Of a DNA stretch of 32,000 bases, positions 26,962 to 32,000 are shown piece by piece. Position 1 is the stretch's first letter; each line of letters begins with the position of its first letter. Origin of the DNA: Bacillus subtilis subsp. subtilis str. 168 (GTDB taxonomy: Bacteria > Bacillota > Bacilli > Bacillales > Bacillaceae); contig NC_000964.3 of the NCBI RefSeq assembly GCF_000009045.1, positions 660,001 to 692,000 of the forward strand. Reading direction: 5' to 3'. The notes below the pieces were generated by a model. It ran no database searches and was not told the origin of the DNA. It worked only from the letters and a program-made list of their open reading frames with translations. The translations under genes were made by a program, and so were the position numbers.

Positions 26962-27834
26962 ATGGAGAGATATGATGAACTGAAAAAGGGAGAATCCGGA
27001 GCGCTGGTCAGCATTGCCGCGTATCTAGTTCTTTCCGCAATTAAACTGATCATCGGTTATCTTTTTCACTCGGAAGCACTTACGGCAGACGGGTTAAATA
27101 ACACAACTGACATTATTGCTTCTGTTGCTGTGCTGATTGGCCTGCGCATCTCTCAAAAGCCTCCTGACGAAGATCATCCATACGGCCACTTTCGAGCGGA
27201 AACGATTGCATCGCTTATCGCATCGTTTATTATGATGGTTGTCGGACTGCAAGTGCTGTTCAGCGCCGGAGAATCTATTTTTTCTGCTAAACAAGAGACG
27301 CCAGATATGATTGCGGCTTGGACGGCAGCGGGCGGGGCAGTCCTGATGCTGATCGTTTACCGGTACAATAAAAGGCTGGCCAAAAAGGTGAAGAGCCAGG
27401 CGCTCCTTGCTGCGGCTGCTGATAATAAATCAGACGCATTCGTCAGTATCGGCACATTTATCGGCATTGTGGCTGCTCAATTCCATCTTGCTTGGATTGA
27501 TACGGTCACTGCGTTTGTGATCGGTCTGCTTATTTGCAAGACCGCATGGGATATCTTTAAAGAGTCATCTCACTCTTTGACAGATGGATTCGACATAAAG
27601 GACATTTCCGCTTATAAACAGACAATCGAAAAAATCTCCGGTGTGAGCCGTTTAAAAGACATAAAAGCAAGATACTTGGGCAGTACGGTTCATGTTGATG
27701 TGGTGGTTGAGGTATCGGCAGATTTAAATATTACGGAAAGCCACGATATAGCCAATGAAATTGAGCGGAGAATGAAGGAGGAGCATGCGATTGATTATTC
27801 GCATGTTCATATGGAGCCTTTAGAACAAAAATAA
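26962..27834 (+). CDS. mneP: Cation diffusion facilitator, manganese exporter MneP (YeaB)
   Basis: 290 aa from MERYDELKKG, RBS GAGAGGAGG; CDF motifs HSEALTADGLNNTTDI and HPYGHFRAE. Confidence 0.9.
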   Translation: MERYDELKKGESGALVSIAAYLVLSAIKLIIGYLFHSEALTADGLNNTTDIIASVAVLIGLRISQKPPDEDHPYGHFRAETIASLIASFIMMVVGLQVLFSAGESIFSAKQETPDMIAAWTAAGGAVLMLIVYRYNKRLAKKVKSQALLAAAADNKSDAFVSIGTFIGIVAAQFHLAWIDTVTAFVIGLLICKTAWDIFKESSHSLTDGFDIKDISAYKQTIEKISGVSRLKDIKARYLGSTVHVDVVVEVSADLNITESHDIANEIERRMKEEHAIDYSHVHMEPLEQK

Positions 27835-28058
27835 TGGAGCTTCCTGTCACAGGAAGCTTCAGCGTGTCGACAAACCCTCGCATTCGTTGTCAGGTCTGCG
27901 CTTCGGTGCTCACGAATTAGAACATTCGCTCCGCTCCTATGCTCGTCCTTCCTAGACTTCAAGGGTTTTCAATCACGCTGAAAAGATGACAAAACCCTAA
28001 AATGAAAGCCATTTTAGGATTTTGTCAACAATCTGGAGCTTCCTGCCACAGGAAGCTT
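27835..28058. repeat. Duplicated 25 bp hairpin flanking a roughly 175 bp element (candidate dispersed chromosomal repeat)
   Basis: TGGAGCTTCCTGTCACAGGAAGCTT (27835-27859) and TGGAGCTTCCTGCCACAGGAAGCTT (28034-28058) differ at one base; only the second has a T tract. Confidence 0.6.
27988..28026. repeat. Long inverted repeat inside the element
   Basis: GACAAAACCCTAAAATG-aaagc-CATTTTAGGATTTTGTC, 17 nt arms with one mismatch. Confidence 0.75.
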
Positions 28059-28183
28059 TTTTGTGTGTTTTGGCCAGCTTTATTGGTAACAATTTGCTAG
28101 AATCGTTTTTTTATACAGATTGCTTTTTGTGGTAAAGTTAGGTTACATTATGATGAATTTTGTAGATGACTAGGAGGAAAATA

Positions 28184-29146
28184 ATGGCATATCAAGAAGA
28201 CCTGCATCCTTTGCTGGGGAAAGCAGTTGAACATATTAATAGAGTAATGGTTGGAAAACGAGACATCGCCATACTCAGCTTAGCAGCCCTTCTTGCCAAA
28301 GGGCATGTGCTGCTTGAGGATGTACCCGGAGTCGGAAAAACGATGATGGTCCGCGCGCTGGCAAAGTCAATCGGCGCCGATTTCAAAAGAATCCAATTCA
28401 CTCCGGATTTGCTGCCATCTGATGTAACAGGGGTATCTATCTATAATGCGAAAACGATGGAATTTGAATATCGTCCCGGCCCAATTATGGGAAATATCGT
28501 GCTGGCAGATGAAATCAACCGTACCTCTCCGAAGACACAGTCGGCTTTGCTCGAAGCGATGGAAGAGGGGAGCGTCACGGTAGATGGCCATACGATGCAG
28601 CTTGCCGATCCGTTTTTTGTGATGGCAACGCAAAACCCGGTCGAATATGAAGGGACCTATCCTTTGCCGGAAGCTCAGCTTGACCGTTTTTTATTCAAAC
28701 TTCGGATGGGTTATCCGTCCTTTAATGAAGAGCTTGACGTCTTATCTCTTCAGGAAAAAAGCCATCCGATTGAGACGCTTGAGCCGGTTATTGCAAAAGA
28801 AGACTTCATCTTTTTACAGAGGGAAGTGCAAAATGTCCGTGCTGATGACAGCATTAAGGAATATATCGTTGAAATTGTGCAGAAAACGAGACAGCATCCT
28901 TCTGTTCAATTAGGCGTCAGTCCGCGCGGCTCAATCGCCCTCATGAAAGCGGCACAGGCATACGCGCTGCTGCATCATCGCGACTATGTCATACCGGATG
29001 ATATTCAATATTTAGCTCCTTTCACGCTGCCGCACCGGATGATGCTTCATCCTGAGGCAAAATTTGAAGGGATTCAGGCAGAAGCGATCGTAAGGGAGAT
29101 CATGTCAGCTGTGAAGGTGCCGGTTCAAAGGTCGGCGGTCCGCTGA
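28184..29146 (+). CDS. yeaC: MoxR-family AAA+ ATPase YeaC
   Basis: 320 aa from MAYQEDLHPLL, RBS TAGGAGG; Walker A GVGKTMMVR, Walker B VLADEINR, ATQNPVEYEGTYPLPEAQLDRF. Confidence 0.92.
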   Translation: MAYQEDLHPLLGKAVEHINRVMVGKRDIAILSLAALLAKGHVLLEDVPGVGKTMMVRALAKSIGADFKRIQFTPDLLPSDVTGVSIYNAKTMEFEYRPGPIMGNIVLADEINRTSPKTQSALLEAMEEGSVTVDGHTMQLADPFFVMATQNPVEYEGTYPLPEAQLDRFLFKLRMGYPSFNEELDVLSLQEKSHPIETLEPVIAKEDFIFLQREVQNVRADDSIKEYIVEIVQKTRQHPSVQLGVSPRGSIALMKAAQAYALLHHRDYVIPDDIQYLAPFTLPHRMMLHPEAKFEGIQAEAIVREIMSAVKVPVQRSAVR

Positions 29147-30342
29147 TGAATAAGAAATGGCAATGGCTCGTATATGGTTGGAAGCTGATTATATTAACTT
29201 TATTGACGGCTGCTGTTTTTTCTTATGCGATGTTTCAGGGCGGCTTTGTCAGCTGGTTTTTGTTTTACGCGTTTCTCCCTTTTGTCTTGTATGCCGGGCT
29301 GTTGGCCTTGTATCCGCTCCGTTCTTTTCAGGCTTCAAGGCAAATGGATAAAACACAATTGCATGCGGGGGACAGGCTGGGCGTAACGGTTACGCTGAGA
29401 AGAAAGCTGCCATTTCCGCTGATGTATATGGTGATTGAAGATTGCCTGCCAGAAGGTATCGAGTCATTAAATCGAGACGGAGCCGCGGCCAAACGGCTCG
29501 TTTTTCCTTGGTTTAAACGGAGCATGACGATGTCGTATGAATTAGCTCGGGTACCGCGCGGAGAGCATCACTTTCATTCTGTCAGGGTGCGAACCGGGGA
29601 TGTTCTTGGCTTGATTGAAAAAACAGCATTTTTTGAGCTGGATGATACCTTGTTTGTTTATCCATTCTATCAGCGTTTTTCCTATCAGGTGAATGAGAGG
29701 CATCAGGAAGACGGTGTAAGCGGTTCTTCTCCTATTCATCAGCACCATTCCTCAGTCGCAGCAAGTGTGCGGAATTATCAGCCGGGAGACCGGTTTGCTG
29801 CGTTAGATTGGAAGACATCTGCACGGCGGAGCCAGCTGATGACGAAGGAATTTGAGCCTTCTCGCAGCAAAAATCTGTTTCTGCTGATGGACCGTTTTTC
29901 CTCAGACGCATTCGAAGAGGTCGTTTCAGTGACAGCTTCGATTCTTCATTCTGTTTTAAAAAACGGCGCGGGTGCTGGTCTGGCTTCCATCGGGAAGGAA
30001 AAAAACATTTTCCCTATTCAGGAAGGGGATCAGCATTTTAAGCACATGCTTCGGCATTTAGCCATCGCTCATTGTGATGCGGCAGACCCGATAAGCCGAT
30101 ATGCACGGGAAGAGCTGGGAAAGCCATCTGTTCGCCAAGCTGATCAAGTTGTTGTCACGGGACAGTTAACGGAAGATATGCTGCACCTCGCAGAAATAGG
30201 AGGCGGCCGGGTTACGGTGATACTGGCAAAAGAGAAAGATGCTGAGCTCTCTCAAGCTGAAAATGTCATGATTGAACGCATGATGAAACGCCAAATCAGA
30301 GTTCGGATCATGAGGGGCGGGCGAGTTTCGCGTGTTGTTTAG
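29146..30342 (+). CDS. yeaD: DUF58-domain membrane protein YeaD
   Basis: 398 aa; two N-terminal TMs; DUF58 core YQPGDRFAALDWKTSARRSQLMTKEFE; ATG overlaps the yeaC stop by one base. Confidence 0.9.
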   Translation: MNKKWQWLVYGWKLIILTLLTAAVFSYAMFQGGFVSWFLFYAFLPFVLYAGLLALYPLRSFQASRQMDKTQLHAGDRLGVTVTLRRKLPFPLMYMVIEDCLPEGIESLNRDGAAAKRLVFPWFKRSMTMSYELARVPRGEHHFHSVRVRTGDVLGLIEKTAFFELDDTLFVYPFYQRFSYQVNERHQEDGVSGSSPIHQHHSSVAASVRNYQPGDRFAALDWKTSARRSQLMTKEFEPSRSKNLFLLMDRFSSDAFEEVVSVTASILHSVLKNGAGAGLASIGKEKNIFPIQEGDQHFKHMLRHLAIAHCDAADPISRYAREELGKPSVRQADQVVVTGQLTEDMLHLAEIGGGRVTVILAKEKDAELSQAENVMIERMMKRQIRVRIMRGGRVSRVV

Positions 30343-30363
30343 AAAGAGAGGTGACTGGTTCAC

Positions 30364-32000
30364 ATGCCGCACGATGATCACAAGGGAAGCCGTTTGAGCT
30401 TGCTGTTATTTTATTTTCTGGCTTTTTTATTGCTGTGGGAGTGGCTTAGGCCGCTTGACAGTTTTACTGAAACGAAACATACAGGCTTTTTTAGTGTCTT
30501 TATCGGCTTGACGTTTCTGCTGACTTTTTTCAGGATGAGGTGGTTTGTCACCGTTCCTTTTTGTGTCATATTTACATTGATCTCGATACACATCCTGTTT
30601 TATCAAGGATCTATATTCGACTTGAGCTGGGTCAGCTCTTTTTTGCAGGATGTCTATCTGAATATCACGCTGATTCAATCAGGGCAATGGAATGACATGA
30701 TTCCTTCATTTCGGACCCTGCTGTTTTTTGTGCTGCTGTGGCTGCTGGTCTATCTCCTGCATTATTGGGTGATTTACCAGAGAAGAATTTTGTTTTTCTT
30801 TTTGATGACAGTAGCGTATATTACGATTCTTGATACCTTTACGCCATATGATGCCACTTTTGCCGTAATCCGTATCGTGCTGATCGGCTTCTTTATGCTG
30901 GGCCTTTTATACTTGGAACGCATTAAGCTGATGGAAAGAATCACACTGCCAAAAACATCTGTCCTGAAATGGTTTCTTCCTTTATCTGTATTGGTTTTGG
31001 CTGCAACGGGATTCGGACTCGCCGCTCCAAAATCAGAGCCGGCTTGGCCTGATCCGGTGCCTTTTCTTAAAAAAATCACTCATCAAGACCGCGTGTCTGC
31101 AGGGGAAAGCAAAATCGGATACGGGAATCATGATGAATCACTCGGCGGCCCGTTCCAGCAGGATGCTACACCTGTTTTTACATGGCAGGGAAAAGAGCGT
31201 ACGTATTTCCGTGTGGAAACGAAGGACACGTATACCGGAAAAGGCTGGATTGAAACAGACACAGGCATGTCGTATCAGCTTAGCAATGGAAAAGTTGAAA
31301 ATCTGTGGTTTGACCATAAGGTTGCGACAGAGCGCCGCACCGTCCGTGTAAAAGTCGATAAGCACTACGGGTATAACCATCTGATGTATCCGATTGGTGC
31401 GGAAACCATTCAGCCAAAGCAGGCTGTCTCACTTGAAATGAACGGCAACACGGAGCAAATTTCTCCGATCAGTGAACAAGCCGGTGAAATCAGAAATATG
31501 GGGAATTATACAGTAACGTACAATTCCCCGGTCTATAAGCTGGATGAACTGAGAAAGGTAAAAGTGAGAAAAAACAGTGAGGAGTACACATTCAGCGATC
31601 GCTACATGCAGCTTCCAGATTCACTGCCAGAGCGGGTGAGAACCCTTGCGATCAAACTGACTCAGGATCACGACAATATGTTTGATAAGGTGAAAGCGGT
31701 TGAGGACTATTTAGGGTCAAATGCGTTCACATATGAAACAGAAAACGTGACCATTCCGAAGAATGATGAAGATTATGTCGATCAATTTCTCTTTGAAACG
31801 AAAATGGGTTATTGTGATAACTTTTCTTCCGCCATGGTGGTGCTCTTGCGCTCGGCCGGCATTCCGGCCCGCTGGGTAAAGGGTTATACGTCCGGCGAAT
31901 ACAAAGAAGCAGGGAACAAAAATGGCAGCATTTACGAAGTGACAAATAACAATGCCCATTCCTGGGTAGAGGTGTATTTCCCGGAACAGGGCTGGGTTAC
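30364..32000 (+). CDS. yebA: Transglutaminase-like membrane protein YebA, truncated by the window end
   Basis: Open frame from the ATG at 30364 (MPHDDHKGSRLSLLLFYFLAFLLLWEW...). Multiple TM helices, then the transglutaminase core ETKMGYCDNFSSAMVVLLRSAGIPARWVKGY...NNNAHSWVEVYFPEQGWV. Missing from the ORF track because no stop is reached. Confidence 0.92.
   Translation, partial: MPHDDHKGSRLSLLLFYFLAFLLLWEWLRPLDSFTETKHTGFFSVFIGLTFLLTFFRMRWFVTVPFCVIFTLISIHILFYQGSIFDLSWVSSFLQDVYLNITLIQSGQWNDMIPSFRTLLFFVLLWLLVYLLHYWVIYQRRILFFFLMTVAYITILDTFTPYDATFAVIRIVLIGFFMLGLLYLERIKLMERITLPKTSVLKWFLPLSVLVLAATGFGLAAPKSEPAWPDPVPFLKKITHQDRVSAGESKIGYGNHDESLGGPFQQDATPVFTWQGKERTYFRVETKDTYTGKGWIETDTGMSYQLSNGKVENLWFDHKVATERRTVRVKVDKHYGYNHLMYPIGAETIQPKQAVSLEMNGNTEQISPISEQAGEIRNMGNYTVTYNSPVYKLDELRKVKVRKNSEEYTFSDRYMQLPDSLPERVRTLAIKLTQDHDNMFDKVKAVEDYLGSNAFTYETENVTIPKNDEDYVDQFLFETKMGYCDNFSSAMVVLLRSAGIPARWVKGYTSGEYKEAGNKNGSIYEVTNNNAHSWVEVYFPEQGWV

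Noticed and set aside
1-32000. CRISPR arrays, rRNA, tRNA, integrase or transposase genes, retrons, toxin-antitoxin pairs
   Set aside because: Looked for repeated spacer-like structure and characteristic gene motifs and found none. The ydiR-ydjC stretch looks prophage-like only by its decay and gene content, not by mobility genes.

Overview
This 32 kb window has the gene content and order of the ydiR–yebA region of a Bacillus subtilis-group chromosome. All gene names come from recognising sequence and synteny, with no database search. Left to right:
- 3' part of a BsuMI-like three-component restriction locus: ydiR (truncated at the edge), ydiS (McrB-like AAA+), ydjA (PD-(D/E)XK-like).
- A decayed prophage-border-like stretch with ydjB and a truncated alpha/beta hydrolase (ydjC).
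- The glucitol locus gutR / gutB-gutP-gutF.
- The PspA envelope-stress operon pspA-ydjG-ydjH-ydjI.
- ydjJ (K+ channel-like), iolT, bdhA, ydjM-ydjN, yeaA-ydjP-ydjO, cotA, gabP, mneP (yeaB).
- A MoxR–DUF58–transglutaminase-like cluster yeaC-yeaD-yebA, with yebA running off the right edge.

Most of the window is ordinary core genome. Less obvious items found by manual reading, mostly below the ORF-track length cutoff, are:
- a 54-codon minus-strand ORF at 3953-4117;
- a 52-codon minus-strand ORF with a good RBS and extended -10 at 20907-21065;
- a 33/37-codon upstream ORF in the iolT leader resembling the start of a receiver domain and interrupted by a single stop;
- a roughly 175 bp element at the mneP 3' end, bounded by near-identical 25 bp copies of a terminator-like hairpin;
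- structured RNA-like hairpins in the ydjA-ydjB gap;
- strong matches to SigW, TnrA, WalR and cre sites.
I saw no convincing undescribed multi-gene defence system, CRISPR array, rRNA, tRNA or intact mobile element.
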